Assembly: GCA_964475595.1 (NCBI GenBank)
Contig: CAYYXG010000009.1
Location: 9,023 to 73,022, forward strand
Direction: 5' to 3'
Length of the DNA stretch: 64,000 nt
DNA from: an uncultured Flavobacteriaceae bacterium
GTDB taxonomy: Bacteria; Bacteroidota; Bacteroidia; NS11-12g; UBA955
Positions 48,215 through 59,386 of this stretch are shown here, one piece after another. Below the pieces are notes generated by a model. The model made no database searches. It saw only the letters and a list, made by a program, of their open reading frames with translations, and was not told where the DNA came from. Position 1 is the first letter of the stretch. Every line of letters starts with the position of its first letter. Position numbers and translations under genes: made by a program.

Positions 48215-50443
48215 ATGAAAAAAACAACGTTTATGCTGTTGGCAATAGCTTATGTGCTAATGGCTCAGGCTCAAAATGAGCTTGAAAACCATATAAAAGA
48301 TTCCAGTGAGCTGGAAAATATGGATGAGGTTTTGGTCTCATCACAGCGTTTTGGCTCATCCAGGGCTAATACAACCAGACAAATAGAGGTAATTACCCAA
48401 AAGCAAATGCAGTTTGCGCAGCAGGGAACCATGGCAGATGTATTGTCTCAAACCGGGCAGGTGTTCGTGCAAAAAAGTCAGTTGGGTGGGGGAAGTCCTG
48501 TCTTGCGCGGATTCGAGGCAAGTAGAGTTTTGCTGGTGGTGGATGGAGTAAGAATGAATAATGCTACCTATAGGGCTGGACATTTACAGGACATTATTAC
48601 GGTAGACCAATTTATGCTGGACAGAGCAGAAGTTTTTTTCGGCTCCGGTTCTACCCAATTTGGTAGTGATGCTCTTGGTGGTGTGGTTTACATGAAAACC
48701 CGAGATCCTAAATTCAGAAATGCCAATTTCGGATTTGCCAAGGCCAATGCGAATTTCAGGTATTTGTCGGCAGCAGGTGCCACAGTTTCCAATGTAAATT
48801 TTGAATTAAGTGGTCGTAAGGTAGCTTGGGTTTTTAGTTCAACAAACAGCGACTTTGGCAACCTGAGAATGGGCCAACAACGCCACTTTTCCCGGTGGGA
48901 TACATTCGGAATGCGGAAATTTTATGCCGTTAGAATCAATGGTAGAGATACAATGCAACAGAATGGAGACCCGTTCATTCAGACGGGGAGTTCTTATGCG
49001 CAAAACGATGTTTTTAGCAAACTGCTGGTAAGAACAGGAAATTTTTCTCACACATTAAACTTGCAATTTTCAAGGTCGTCAGTAATTCCCCGTTATGATC
49101 GGCTCTCCGATTTTTCAGCAGGTAAGCTACGATTTGCCCGATGGGATTATGTGCCTCAGAATAGAGATTTTATCTCTTACACGTTGCAATTCCCCGGTAA
49201 AGGAAAGTGGCAGCATCGTTTTATAGCTTCTCATCAGCGCACAGAGGTTGGAAGGATCACAAGACGGTTTGGCAATCCAAACGAACTTACCCAGCGTGAC
49301 AAAGTGGGTATGACGGCCGTAAATTATGATTTTGCATACTCCTTGAACCCAAAAGTGCAATTTCAGGGTGGTGGGGAATGGGTAAAAAACAGCGTGAATT
49401 CGTTTGCTTCGCTCAAAGATGTTAATACTGAAATTGTTACTCCTAGTAAAAATACGCGATACGCTGACGGAGGTTCCGTAACCCAATCCTATGCAGCATT
49501 TGTTAATACTATTTACAGTATCCGCCCCAAAGATTTTATTCTTGAAGGGGGTGTGCGAATTACCCAATACAATTTGAATGCCGTTTTTAGTCCTGATAAT
49601 TTTTTGAATCTTCCTTATTCAAATGCTCAAATCAACAGTTTTTCTGCCGTTTACAATGTAGGCCTTTCAAAGAAAATGGACTGGGATGGGTTGTTTTTTA
49701 AAGCTAGCCTTGCGACCGGCTTCAGAAACCCCAATGTGGATGATATGACTAAATTATTTGAAAGTGTTCCCGGAAGTAAATTGGTGATACCCAATTGCAA
49801 TTTAAAACCTGAGCGCACGAGAACATTGGACTTGGGATTTCGATTTGAACGAAGGAAAATCCATATGGAATTTGGTGGCTACTATACCCATATTACCCAA
49901 TTATTGATTGACGAGCCGGCTAATTTCAATGGCAAAGATTCTTTTGATTTTGATGGTCAGCAAACCCCTGTATTCCGCATGGGGAATTCCGCTGAAGGTT
50001 TTGTAACTGGGGGGTATTTTGCTGCTAAAATTCAACTAATTCCAGGGTTGTTTGCGGATGTAAACTACAATAGCACTTTCGGGCGTTATCGCCAGTCATT
50101 GGGAAGTATTTGGACTCCCCTGGACCACATCGCACCCGACCATGGTAGGATAGGAATTCGCTGGTCCAGCGAAAACTGGCAGTGTGAGGCTTTTATGCTC
50201 TTTAATGGTAGAAAAGTACAAAGCGAATATAGTCCTTCCGGTGAAGATAATGCCCAGTATGCTCCAGGGTGGGAAACACCGTCATGGCAAACCTATAATT
50301 TTAGGGCAAGTTGGCAGGTAAACAAGTATATTAATGCTTCTTTCGCTGCAGAAAACCTTCTTGATTTGAATTACAGACAGTTTTCTAGCGGTATCAGTGC
50401 GCCCGGTAGAAACCTCATTGTATCCTTAAAAGTTTCTTTTTAA
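48215..50443 (+). CDS. TonB-dependent receptor (no SusD partner)
   Basis: Signal peptide, plug-domain motifs (DEVLVSS, GGSPVLRG, NRVLLVVDGVRMNNA). Ends in a C-terminal aromatic residue (...KVSF). Confidence 0.9.
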   Translation: MKKTTFMLLAIAYVLMAQAQNELENHIKDSSELENMDEVLVSSQRFGSSRANTTRQIEVITQKQMQFAQQGTMADVLSQTGQVFVQKSQLGGGSPVLRGFEASRVLLVVDGVRMNNATYRAGHLQDIITVDQFMLDRAEVFFGSGSTQFGSDALGGVVYMKTRDPKFRNANFGFAKANANFRYLSAAGATVSNVNFELSGRKVAWVFSSTNSDFGNLRMGQQRHFSRWDTFGMRKFYAVRINGRDTMQQNGDPFIQTGSSYAQNDVFSKLLVRTGNFSHTLNLQFSRSSVIPRYDRLSDFSAGKLRFARWDYVPQNRDFISYTLQFPGKGKWQHRFIASHQRTEVGRITRRFGNPNELTQRDKVGMTAVNYDFAYSLNPKVQFQGGGEWVKNSVNSFASLKDVNTEIVTPSKNTRYADGGSVTQSYAAFVNTIYSIRPKDFILEGGVRITQYNLNAVFSPDNFLNLPYSNAQINSFSAVYNVGLSKKMDWDGLFFKASLATGFRNPNVDDMTKLFESVPGSKLVIPNCNLKPERTRTLDLGFRFERRKIHMEFGGYYTHITQLLIDEPANFNGKDSFDFDGQQTPVFRMGNSAEGFVTGGYFAAKIQLIPGLFADVNYNSTFGRYRQSLGSIWTPLDHIAPDHGRIGIRWSSENWQCEAFMLFNGRKVQSEYSPSGEDNAQYAPGWETPSWQTYNFRASWQVNKYINASFAAENLLDLNYRQFSSGISAPGRNLIVSLKVSF

Positions 50444-50464
50444 TTAGATGCATAAAGCGCATGA

Positions 50465-50497
50465 GCAGGGGAAGCTGTCGTTTCCCCTGCTTATTTT
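50465..50497 (+). terminator. rho-independent terminator of the TBDR gene
   Basis: GCAGGGGAA-GCTGTCG-TTCCCCTGC hairpin followed by TTATTTT. Confidence 0.65.
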
Positions 50498-50536
50498 AAG
50501 GTACTTCAAACTCCTTGTATTAATTTTGCAAAACCA

Positions 50537-51253
50537 ATGGGACGCATATTCGAAAAACGAAAACACAAAATGTTTGCCCGCTTCGACCGTATGGCGAAGC
50601 AATTTACCCGCATAGGGAAGGAAATAGCCATTGCAGTAAAGCAAGGTGGGGTTAATCCCGATTACAACCCGCGTCTGCGCATGGCCATTCAAAACGCTAA
50701 AAGCGTGAATATGCCCAAAGACAGGGTAGATGCTGCCATCAAACGTGCCAGTGATAAAGATACTGCCGGCTATGAGGAAATTAAATACGAAGGCTACGGG
50801 CCGCATGGGGTCGCTATTCTGGTTGAATCTGCAACAGATAACAATACCCGAACCGTGGCCAATGTCCGTTCCCATTTCAACAAATGCGATGGTGCACTAG
50901 GAAAAACAGGTTCCCTCGATTTTGTTTTTACCCGAAAAGGGGTTTTTAAAATCTCAAAATCAGTGCTTAAAGGCAAGGATCTTGATGAGTTTGAACTGGA
51001 AATAATAGATTTTGGCTGTGAAGATCTGGCCATTGACGAAGAGGATGTGTATGTTTACACTAGCTTTACAGATTTTGGCAATATGCAGAAAGGACTTGAA
51101 GAACTCGGTATTGAGCCTGCCAGTGCCGAATTGCAGTATATCCCAAATTCTTTTGTTGATCTTGAAGAAGCACAGGCCAATGAAGTGCTGGAACTGGTAG
51201 AGCGCCTTGAGTCAGACGATGACGTTCAGAACGTCTATCATAATTTGCGATAA
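50537..51253 (+). CDS. YebC/PmpR family DNA-binding transcriptional regulator
   Basis: MGRIFEKRKHKMFARFDRMAKQFTRIGKEIAIAVKQGG hallmark N-terminus. Confidence 0.92.
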   Translation: MGRIFEKRKHKMFARFDRMAKQFTRIGKEIAIAVKQGGVNPDYNPRLRMAIQNAKSVNMPKDRVDAAIKRASDKDTAGYEEIKYEGYGPHGVAILVESATDNNTRTVANVRSHFNKCDGALGKTGSLDFVFTRKGVFKISKSVLKGKDLDEFELEIIDFGCEDLAIDEEDVYVYTSFTDFGNMQKGLEELGIEPASAELQYIPNSFVDLEEAQANEVLELVERLESDDDVQNVYHNLR

Positions 51254-51258
51254 GTCAG

Positions 51259-52389
51259 TTATCGTGGGCAGGTAGCACATTTTGGTTTTTCCCTTTCAGG
51301 TAAATGGGCCACCAGGTATAAATTCCTTTCAGATTGTGCCGGATCATTGCATATTACGCTAATGGTTTGGGTGCTTTTACCATGCTTTATTCCGGTATCA
51401 AAACGCATTTTTACCACCATGTTTTCTCCGGGCTTTAAAATATTTTTTGTGAATTCAACCTTTACACATGGACACTGTGGAGTGATTTCATGAATTTTTA
51501 AATCGGATTTTCCGGAATTGGTAAAAGTAAATTGGGTATTAAAAATTTCTCCACTTTCCGCATTGCCCAAATCAATGACAGTTTTGTCTGTGGTCAATTT
51601 TGGTGCTTTTGACATTTCCTTGGCCCCTAGTTTTGGGAAATACTGCTTTCTCTCATAAGCCACATAAAATCCTGTGTAGGGAAAAAGAACATTATCAGTG
51701 GGCACGGCTACTTCAAATGCACCAAAGCCGTAACTTTTAATATTTCTGCCATCCAATACCACTTTTACCTTGGCACTTTCATTGGGTTCAAGGTTTTTTG
51801 GCATCCCGATAACTTTGCAATAAGGTGGGAGATTTTCAAATTCTGAAAACTGCGTGCTGTATGCCGTTCCATTGGTGATTCTGAATGTTTGTGTGTCGGC
51901 CTTGTGGTCAAATAGAGGCTTAAAGTTAATGGTAGGGGGATTGAACATGATTTGACCCGGCGAAACATATTCAGGTTCTTTATTGATGACCTCTTTCTGT
52001 ACATTCCCTAAAATATCAAGATGTACAAAAGGGAAATTCACCGCATTGCTATATACCGTAATCGTTTTTTGAAAGCTTCCTATCCGCCCGATAGTCTCAT
52101 ATTTTGCATCTACAAAACCACTTTCTCCCGGTTTTATAGTGTCCCTTGTCCAGTCCGGAGTTGTGCATCCACAGCTGGTTTGAACGGTGTTTATGAATAA
52201 ATCCTTATTTCCGGTATTTTTAAAACTAAATCGATGGGTTGCATATTTCATGTCCTCCCTTATATCCCCAAAATTGTGCTGCTTTTCGCTAAACTCTATT
52301 TTGGCACCATCCGTTTTGGGTGTCATTTGTGCCATTAGACTTTGCTGAAGCGGCAAAATGCATAATAAAGTAAAAATCCGTACGATCAT
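51259..52389 (-). CDS. DUF1573 domain protein (secreted, two SCGCT repeats)
   Basis: TSCGCTTPDW and QCPCVKVEF-type Cys motifs. Signal peptide from internal ATG MIVRIFTLLCIL. Confidence 0.65.
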   Translation of the reverse strand: MIVRIFTLLCILPLQQSLMAQMTPKTDGAKIEFSEKQHNFGDIREDMKYATHRFSFKNTGNKDLFINTVQTSCGCTTPDWTRDTIKPGESGFVDAKYETIGRIGSFQKTITVYSNAVNFPFVHLDILGNVQKEVINKEPEYVSPGQIMFNPPTINFKPLFDHKADTQTFRITNGTAYSTQFSEFENLPPYCKVIGMPKNLEPNESAKVKVVLDGRNIKSYGFGAFEVAVPTDNVLFPYTGFYVAYERKQYFPKLGAKEMSKAPKLTTDKTVIDLGNAESGEIFNTQFTFTNSGKSDLKIHEITPQCPCVKVEFTKNILKPGENMVVKMRFDTGIKHGKSTQTISVICNDPAQSERNLYLVAHLPEREKPKCATCPR

Positions 52390-52434
52390 TTTAGATTTAA
52401 GCCTCAAAAAGTGTTCCATTAAATGCAGACGATG

Positions 52435-54372
52435 TTACCTTGCATGGGGTTGTTTAATGTACCACTCGTTTTGCCGAATGTTATGGGTAAAAAGCTGAAT
52501 ATGCGCTTTTAATAACCGCAGCATCGAGTTATATATCTCCCCTTCTTTTTTAAGCATTACCGGCTTCTTTCTGTTTCTGTATTGCAGATGGAAGTCTTTG
52601 ACATAGCCATTGGCATCGATTCCAAGCGAATAGGGATAGTTAATGATGTAATACAAATTTTTTTCCTTATGAAAACTATACCCTGAATATGCCGAATCGA
52701 ACGGATTTTTTCCAAATCCATAAAACGAACCGTTGAAATTACTCAAGTGCATAATCGCAGGTACAATGTCACATTGAGAAACTGTTTTATCGATTACACG
52801 GGGTTGAATGCCATTGCCATAAAATAGCAATGGTATTTCAAAATGGCCGCTTGTACTGTAGAAATAGTCATCTTCTCCGTAACTGGTATGGTCTCCGGTT
52901 ACAATAAAAAGGGTATTGTCATACCAACTATATTTTTTGGCTGCGTCAAAGAACTTCATTAAGGCGTAGTCAGCATATCTTATGCTTTTGTGAATGGGGA
53001 GATTACCTCCATTAAATTGTGCTTCAAGTTCGCGTGGAACCTTGTATGGGTGATGAGATGAAAGTGTAAATACAGCATTGAAGAAGGGTTTTCTCATGGT
53101 GTCACAACAACGCAGAAAGTATTTTAAATAAGGCTCATCATAAATACCCCAATGGTTATCAAAATCAAGTTTATAGTCCTCTTTTGGATATTCGTTTAGT
53201 CCATAATATTGAACCTTGCCCGTTTGCTGCAGAAAACCTTGAAAAAACATAGTGCCGTTCGCCGCACCATGAAAAAAGGATGTGTTGTAGCCTGCTTTGC
53301 TAAAAACATCAAATGCATTTTGAATGGTGTTTCCGGCATAACCGCTATTCAGATAATGGGTTTCGATCAATCCTGGCATACCACAAAAAATACTGGGGAG
53401 CATTTCTATGCTGCGTGTTCCATTGGCATAACAATACCGAAAATTCAAACATCGTTTGCTGAACGTATCTAAAAAGGGTGTATAGGGTTTGTTGTTCAAG
53501 AAGCCTGTGTAATCTCTTCCAAGACTCTCTACAATAATTAATACGATGTTGTTTGGCGTAAGTTTCTTTTCACCGGATGAAACAAAAATGGGTTTCACAA
53601 TATCCTTGGCGCTATCAATGTCCATGAAATGGATTTCAGGCACCGCCTCCCCACCTGGCATTGAGATAATGTTTAATGGTGTACTAACGGTTAATAGCGT
53701 TAATTCCGGTCTGACATAAAGGCCGGCATGTAAAGTGCAAAGCGGTTTTAGGTGAAAACCACCTCGTGCACTAAAAAGCCATACACTGAAGTATACAATA
53801 AAAATACCGCTCACACGACGCTTGTCTTGAACAAACTCTTGATACAATGGTAATCCTGCTGTAGGGGCAAACCTATATATAAGGAAAAGAGAGATCAAAA
53901 AAAGAAGAATTCCATACCAGTAATCAGTAAGGTAAGGCCCAATAGAATTTGCGGGGTCTGATAATGTGTCAAAAATTTCTGCACCGCTTCGCCTCCCGGA
54001 AACCTTGCTGTAGGCAGTATCTATTCCGTTTAATATCAATATGGGTGCAGCACCAACAGTGATTAGTATCTTCGAAACGATGGGCCTCCGGATCGCTTTT
54101 TTAGGGAAAAAGATCATCCAGATCCAAAGGGGTAGAAAAAAATAGGCCAGTAATGGCAAATCGAAAAATATGCCCCAAAGCATGCCTTTCAAAATTTCAA
54201 TCGCACTCGCATCAGAGAAGATTTCCTGATTAAATAGGCCCCAAAATGCCCTGGAAATGCTTGTTATTAACAAACAAAAACCTACTTGTTGGATTACGGT
54301 AAGTGAAAAAAATCTTTTAAATAGGCCTCTGATTCTCAAGTCTGGCGTGAAATTATACCGATTTGGTAACAC
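52435..54372 (-). CDS. LTA-synthase/sulfatase-family membrane protein (phosphoglycerol/phosphoethanolamine transferase-like)
   Basis: 5 N-terminal TM helices plus an extracytoplasmic alkaline-phosphatase-superfamily domain (IVLIIVESLGRDY). Confidence 0.7.
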   Translation of the reverse strand: MLPNRYNFTPDLRIRGLFKRFFSLTVIQQVGFCLLITSISRAFWGLFNQEIFSDASAIEILKGMLWGIFFDLPLLAYFFLPLWIWMIFFPKKAIRRPIVSKILITVGAAPILILNGIDTAYSKVSGRRSGAEIFDTLSDPANSIGPYLTDYWYGILLFLISLFLIYRFAPTAGLPLYQEFVQDKRRVSGIFIVYFSVWLFSARGGFHLKPLCTLHAGLYVRPELTLLTVSTPLNIISMPGGEAVPEIHFMDIDSAKDIVKPIFVSSGEKKLTPNNIVLIIVESLGRDYTGFLNNKPYTPFLDTFSKRCLNFRYCYANGTRSIEMLPSIFCGMPGLIETHYLNSGYAGNTIQNAFDVFSKAGYNTSFFHGAANGTMFFQGFLQQTGKVQYYGLNEYPKEDYKLDFDNHWGIYDEPYLKYFLRCCDTMRKPFFNAVFTLSSHHPYKVPRELEAQFNGGNLPIHKSIRYADYALMKFFDAAKKYSWYDNTLFIVTGDHTSYGEDDYFYSTSGHFEIPLLFYGNGIQPRVIDKTVSQCDIVPAIMHLSNFNGSFYGFGKNPFDSAYSGYSFHKEKNLYYIINYPYSLGIDANGYVKDFHLQYRNRKKPVMLKKEGEIYNSMLRLLKAHIQLFTHNIRQNEWYIKQPHAR

Positions 54373-54418
54373 AAACTTAACATTATTTCATCGGATTAAG
54401 AAAATTTTACTTACAGTG

Positions 54419-54448
54419 TTGGTTTTGCAAAAAAATAGCCTTATTTTT
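54419..54448 (+). promoter_or_regulatory. putative Bacteroidetes sigmaA promoter (-33 TTG / -7 TAttTTTG) of the rpsL operon
   Basis: TTG at 54419-21, 19-nt spacer, then TATTTTTG at 54441-48, which is 23 nt upstream of the rpsL ATG. Confidence 0.4.
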
Positions 54449-54471
54449 GCTGCCCTTTTTGAGGAGATAGT

Positions 54472-54849
54472 ATGCCTACTATTCAACAGTTAATACGCAA
54501 AGGTCGCCAGGAGACGCTCTGGAAGAGTAAGTCTCCCGCCCTAGATTCATGCCCCCAGCGTCGTGGTGTTTGCACCCGTGTTTACACCACCACGCCCAAG
54601 AAACCAAACTCTGCACTTCGCAAAGTTGCTCGTGTTCGTCTGAGCAATGGCAAGGAAGTGAATGCCTACATACCCGGCGAAGGTCACAACCTACAGGAGC
54701 ACAGCATTGTGCTGGTTCGTGGCGGCAGGGTAAAGGACCTGCCGGGTGTTCGATATCACATCGTTCGCGGTGCCCTCGATACAGCCGGTGTGGAAGGCCG
54801 TAACCAGCGAAGATCTAAGTATGGAACCAAACGTCCAAAGAAAAAATAA
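54472..54849 (+). CDS. rpsL: 30S ribosomal protein S12
   Basis: [12 protein letters not shown]...[16 protein letters not shown]. Confidence 0.98.
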   Translation: MPTIQQLIRKGRQETLWKSKSPALDSCPQRRGVCTRVYTTTPKKPNSALRKVARVRLSNGKEVNAYIPGEGHNLQEHSIVLVRGGRVKDLPGVRYHIVRGALDTAGVEGRNQRRSKYGTKRPKKK

Positions 54850-54884
54850 GTACTACACCATTATATAGGTATAACGAATAGACC

Positions 54885-55355
54885 ATGAGAAAAACCCGCG
54901 CCAAAAAACGCATCCTGCTGCCAGATCCTAAGTTCAACGATACCGTTGTAACCCGTTTTGTGAACGGTCTTATGTATGACGGTAAAAAATCCCTGGCATA
55001 TAGCTTGTTTTATGATGCACTGGAATTAGTTGAGAAAAAAGCTCCCGATGAGCCCGGTTTGGAGACTTGGCGCAAAGCGCTGAATAATGTAATGCCTACC
55101 GTCGAAGTTAAAGCACGCAGAGTGGGTGGAGCTACATTTCAAATCCCAACCGAAGTTTCTCCTCGCCGCCGCACGGCCGTGGGTATGAAATGGATGATAG
55201 GATATGCCCGCAAGCGCAATGAAAAATCTATGGCTGAAAAACTCGCCGGTGAAATTCTTGCAGCTTCAAGAGGTGAAGGTGCTGCCGTAAAAAAGAAAGA
55301 AGATACCCATAAAATGGCAGAAGCTAACAAGGCGTTCTCACACTTTAGGGTTTAA
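54885..55355 (+). CDS. rpsG: 30S ribosomal protein S7
   Basis: MRKTRAKKR...DPKFND..; 156 aa. Confidence 0.97.
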   Translation: MRKTRAKKRILLPDPKFNDTVVTRFVNGLMYDGKKSLAYSLFYDALELVEKKAPDEPGLETWRKALNNVMPTVEVKARRVGGATFQIPTEVSPRRRTAVGMKWMIGYARKRNEKSMAEKLAGEILAASRGEGAAVKKKEDTHKMAEANKAFSHFRV

Positions 55356-55386
55356 TGATACAAATTAGATAGAAGAGAAAAGATTC

Positions 55387-57522
55387 ATGTCACGCGACCT
55401 TAGATATACTAGAAACATAGGAATTGCCGCCCACATCGATGCCGGTAAAACCACCACCACTGAACGCATTCTTTATTATGCGGGCGTGAACCACAAAATT
55501 GGTGAGGTGCACGATGGTGCGGCTACGATGGACTGGATGGTGCAGGAGCAGGAGAGAGGTATTACCATCACTTCAGCTGCAACAACGGTTAAATGGAACT
55601 ACCCGACCACAGACGGTCGTCCTAACGCCGATACCAAAGAATATCACATTAACATTATTGATACTCCGGGCCACGTTGACTTTACCGTAGAAGTAAACCG
55701 CTCGTTGCGCGTACTCGATGGATTGGTGTTCCTTTTTAGTGCGGTAGATGGAGTTGAACCACAGTCTGAAACCAACTGGCGTTTGGCTAATAACTACAAT
55801 GTTGCCCGCATAGGTTTCGTAAATAAAATGGATCGTGCAGGCGCTGATTTTCTTAATGTGGTTAATCAGGTACGTGACATGTTGGGAAGCAACGCAGTTC
55901 CACTGCAGTTGCCAATCGGTGCTGAAGATAACTTTAAAGGGGTAGTTGATCTCATCAACAACCGCGGTATGATCTGGAACGAAGCCGATAAAGGTATGAC
56001 CTATCAGGTAGTTCCTATTCCTGCTGAAATGGAAGCGGAAGCCAACGAATGGCGTGAAAAACTGCTTGAGGCTGTTTCAGAATATGACGTTACCTTGATG
56101 GAGAAATTTTTCGAGGATCCTAACAGCATCACAGAAAGAGAAATCTTAAATGCACTTCGCCAGGCTACACTGGAAATGAAAATCGTTCCCATGGTTTGTG
56201 GTTCGTCTTTCAAAAATAAAGGCGTACAAACCATGTTGGATCTGGTTATGGAATTAATGCCCAGCCCGCTTGATAAGGAAAGCATCAAAGGTACCAACCC
56301 TGATACTGAGGCTGAAATTTTCCGCAAGCCTTCATACAATGAACCTTTCAGTGCATTGGCTTTCAAAATTGCGACCGATCCTTACGTGGGTCGTCTTGCT
56401 TTCATGCGCGCCTACAGTGGCAAACTGGATGCCGGTTCCTACGTGCTCAATACCCGCAGTGGTAACAAAGAACGTATCAGCCGTATCTTCCAGATGCATG
56501 CCAACAAACAAAATGCTATTGAATCTCTCGGTGCCGGTGACATCGGTGCCGCAGTAGGTTTTAAAGACATTAAAACTGGGGATACACTTTGCGATGAAAA
56601 ACATCCCATTGTTCTTGAATCAATGGTATTCCCTGACCCGGTTATCGGTCTTGCTATCGAGCCCAAAACTCAGGCGGATAGCGATAAATTGAGTACTGCC
56701 CTGGCAAAACTTGCTGAAGAAGATCCTACTTTCCGTGTGCAAACTGATCAGGATACCGGACAAACCGTGGTTTCTGGTATGGGTGAGTTACACCTCGAAA
56801 TTATTGTGGATCGTTTGAAGCGCGAATTCAAAGTTGAATGTAATCAGGGTGCTCCTCAGGTTGCTTATAAAGAAGCTATTACCAAAAACTATACACACCG
56901 TGAGGTTTATAAGAAACAAACCGGTGGTCGTGGTAAGTTTGCCGATATACAGTTTGAACTGGGTCCGGCTGATGCCGATTTCAAAGGTGAAGGCCTTCAG
57001 TTTGTGAATGAAATTGTGGGTGGTTCCATTCCCCGTGAATTCATACCCTCAGTAGAGAAAGGATTTAAGGCTGCTATGCAAAATGGTGTACTCGCCGGAT
57101 ATCCTATCAGTTCTATCAAGGTACGTTTGTTCGACGGTTCATTCCACCCTGTAGACTCAGACTCACTGTCTTTCGAAGTTGCAGCAAGAGGCGGTTTCCG
57201 GGATGCTGCTCGCAATTGTGGTCCCGTTCTACTCGAACCCATCATGAAGTTGGAAGTTGTTACCCCTGCTGAAAATACAGGTGATGTAATGGGTGATCTT
57301 AACCGTCGCCGCGGTCAGCTCGAAGGAATTGATGAGCGCGCAGGTTCTCAGGTAGTAAAAGCGAAAGTTCCACTGAGCGAAATGTTTGGTTATGTAACCA
57401 CCCTTCGCACAATAACTTCCGGTCGTGCTACCTCATCCATGGAATTCAGTCATTACTCAGAAACACCTAGAAATATCGCTGACGAAGTACTCAAAAAAGT
57501 TAATGGTGCAGCAAGTAAATAA
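55387..57522 (+). CDS. fusA: elongation factor G
   Basis: [28 protein letters not shown]; 711 aa. Confidence 0.98.
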   Translation: MSRDLRYTRNIGIAAHIDAGKTTTTERILYYAGVNHKIGEVHDGAATMDWMVQEQERGITITSAATTVKWNYPTTDGRPNADTKEYHINIIDTPGHVDFTVEVNRSLRVLDGLVFLFSAVDGVEPQSETNWRLANNYNVARIGFVNKMDRAGADFLNVVNQVRDMLGSNAVPLQLPIGAEDNFKGVVDLINNRGMIWNEADKGMTYQVVPIPAEMEAEANEWREKLLEAVSEYDVTLMEKFFEDPNSITEREILNALRQATLEMKIVPMVCGSSFKNKGVQTMLDLVMELMPSPLDKESIKGTNPDTEAEIFRKPSYNEPFSALAFKIATDPYVGRLAFMRAYSGKLDAGSYVLNTRSGNKERISRIFQMHANKQNAIESLGAGDIGAAVGFKDIKTGDTLCDEKHPIVLESMVFPDPVIGLAIEPKTQADSDKLSTALAKLAEEDPTFRVQTDQDTGQTVVSGMGELHLEIIVDRLKREFKVECNQGAPQVAYKEAITKNYTHREVYKKQTGGRGKFADIQFELGPADADFKGEGLQFVNEIVGGSIPREFIPSVEKGFKAAMQNGVLAGYPISSIKVRLFDGSFHPVDSDSLSFEVAARGGFRDAARNCGPVLLEPIMKLEVVTPAENTGDVMGDLNRRRGQLEGIDERAGSQVVKAKVPLSEMFGYVTTLRTITSGRATSSMEFSHYSETPRNIADEVLKKVNGAASK

Positions 57523-57530
57523 TCAATAAA

Positions 57531-57839
57531 ATGTTAAGTCAGAAAATTCGCATAAAACTGAAGTCTTTCGATCACAGCCTGCTCGATAAAAGCGCAGAGA
57601 AAATTGTGAAGGCAGTGCGTACCACCGATGTAGTGGTTAGCGGTCCTGTTCCTCTTCCTACCAGGAAGAAGATCTTTACAGTACTTCGTTCGCCCCACGT
57701 AAATAAAAAGGCACGTGAGCAGTTCCAGTATTGCACCTACCAAAGATTGATTGATATTTATAACGGCTCTACAAAAACCGTAGACGCCCTGATGAAGATA
57801 GAATTGCCCAGCGGGGTAGAAGTTGAAATCAAACTGTAA
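57531..57839 (+). CDS. rpsJ: 30S ribosomal protein S10
   Basis: [16 protein letters not shown]...GPVPLPT. Confidence 0.97.
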   Translation: MLSQKIRIKLKSFDHSLLDKSAEKIVKAVRTTDVVVSGPVPLPTRKKIFTVLRSPHVNKKAREQFQYCTYQRLIDIYNGSTKTVDALMKIELPSGVEVEIKL

Positions 57840-57847
57840 TTGGAGTT

Positions 57848-58474
57848 ATGGAAGGATTAATTGGAAAAAAACTCGGAATGACCAGCATATTTGATGCTGA
57901 TGGTCGCAAGGTAGCCTGCACGGTTATTGAAGCAGGTCCATGTGTAATTACGCAAGTAAAAACTCAGGAAAAAGACGGATATTCTGCTATCCAGATGGCT
58001 TGGGGAGAGAAAAAAGAAAAAAATGCCGGTGCCGCCTTGAAAGGACACTGTGCCAAAGCTAACACTGAAGCTAAGAAATCCTTTATAGAATTTCGTAACC
58101 CAAGTGAGAATGAGGCAACTGCAAAACTTGGAGATACATTCGATGTTTCAATATTTGAGGAAGGCCAGTTTGTTGATGTAGTTGGTACATCAAAGGGTAA
58201 AGGTTTTCAGGGTGTTGTAAAGCGTCACGGTTTTGCCGGTGTAGGTGAAGCAACCCACGGTCAGCATAACAGACTTCGTGCTCCCGGTTCTATCGGAGCA
58301 TGTTCTTTTCCCGCACGTGTATTTAAAGGGATAAGAATGGCAGGTCAAACCGGAAATCGTCGTGTAAAAGCGCTCAACGTACAAGTTTTGCGCATCGTAC
58401 CTGAGCAAAATTTATTGTTGGTTAAGGGTTCAGTTCCCGGCCATAATGGTTCCACCGTAATAGTAGAGCGTTAA
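57848..58474 (+). CDS. rplC: 50S ribosomal protein L3
   Basis: [13 protein letters not shown]... Confidence 0.97.
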   Translation: MEGLIGKKLGMTSIFDADGRKVACTVIEAGPCVITQVKTQEKDGYSAIQMAWGEKKEKNAGAALKGHCAKANTEAKKSFIEFRNPSENEATAKLGDTFDVSIFEEGQFVDVVGTSKGKGFQGVVKRHGFAGVGEATHGQHNRLRAPGSIGACSFPARVFKGIRMAGQTGNRRVKALNVQVLRIVPEQNLLLVKGSVPGHNGSTVIVER

Positions 58475-58476
58475 TT

Positions 58477-59103
58477 ATGAAGTTAAATGTATTAAACAAG
58501 CAGGGAGCTGAGACCGGAAGAACTGTTACACTGCCCGGTGATATCTTTGGGATCGAACCCAATGATCATGCAATTTGGTTGGATGTAAAGCAATTCCAGG
58601 CCAATCAGCGTCAGGGAACTCACAAAACCAAAGACCGTTCGGAGATTTCACGCAGTACCCGCAAGGTATTTCGTCAAAAGGGTACCGGCGGTGCTCGTCA
58701 TGGTAGTTTGAAATCCGGTATCTATGTGGGTGGTGGTCGTATTCACGGACCTCGTCCACGCGATTATTCTTTCAAACTCAACAAAAAATTGAAAAAACTA
58801 GCTCGTTTGAGCGCCCTTTCATACAAGGCAAAAGAGAATAATATTTTGGTAGTTGAAGATTTTGAGATGGCTACACCAAAAACAGCCGAGTTCAAAGGGT
58901 TTTTAAATGCTTTGAATATCAATGGTCGTTCGTTGGTTGTTACAGCTGATACCAACAAAAACCTGTATTTAAGCGGAAGAAATATTGAAGGTAACCGTGT
59001 AATGAAAGCTGCCGATATTAATACCTATGAGGTATTGAAAGCCGGTAAGCTCATTCTTACCGAGGGTGCATTAACCAAATTAGAAGAATCCAATAAACAA
59101 TGA
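58477..59103 (+). CDS. rplD: 50S ribosomal protein L4
   Basis: [12 protein letters not shown]. Confidence 0.96.
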   Translation: MKLNVLNKQGAETGRTVTLPGDIFGIEPNDHAIWLDVKQFQANQRQGTHKTKDRSEISRSTRKVFRQKGTGGARHGSLKSGIYVGGGRIHGPRPRDYSFKLNKKLKKLARLSALSYKAKENNILVVEDFEMATPKTAEFKGFLNALNINGRSLVVTADTNKNLYLSGRNIEGNRVMKAADINTYEVLKAGKLILTEGALTKLEESNKQ

Positions 59104-59384
59104 TACTTAAGAAACCGTTGATTACTGAAAAAATGACCGCTATCATGGATAAGCGTGGTCAGTATGGTTTCGTGGTAGACAAAAAATCTACCAAAGACGA
59201 AATCAAAAAGGCCATTGAAGATTTCTATGGAGTGGAAGTAGCTTCCGTAAACACAATGATTGCAAGGGGGAAAATGCGTCGTAATAGACGTACTGGCCAG
59301 ATCTCCGGTTATACCAACGGGTATAAAAAGGCCATCGTGACGTTAAAAGAAGGTTTTAACATAGACTTTTACGAAAACATCTGA
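59100..59384 (+). CDS. rplW: 50S ribosomal protein L23
   Basis: [10 protein letters not shown]; 94 aa. Confidence 0.95.
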   Translation: MILKKPLITEKMTAIMDKRGQYGFVVDKKSTKDEIKKAIEDFYGVEVASVNTMIARGKMRRNRRTGQISGYTNGYKKAIVTLKEGFNIDFYENI

Positions 59385-59386
59385 TC

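Noticed and set aside
57523-57530. Absence of tuf after fusA in the str operon
   Set aside because: In Bacteroidetes tuf usually sits in the separate tRNA-tuf-secE-nusG cluster, so this is the expected lineage organisation rather than a deletion.
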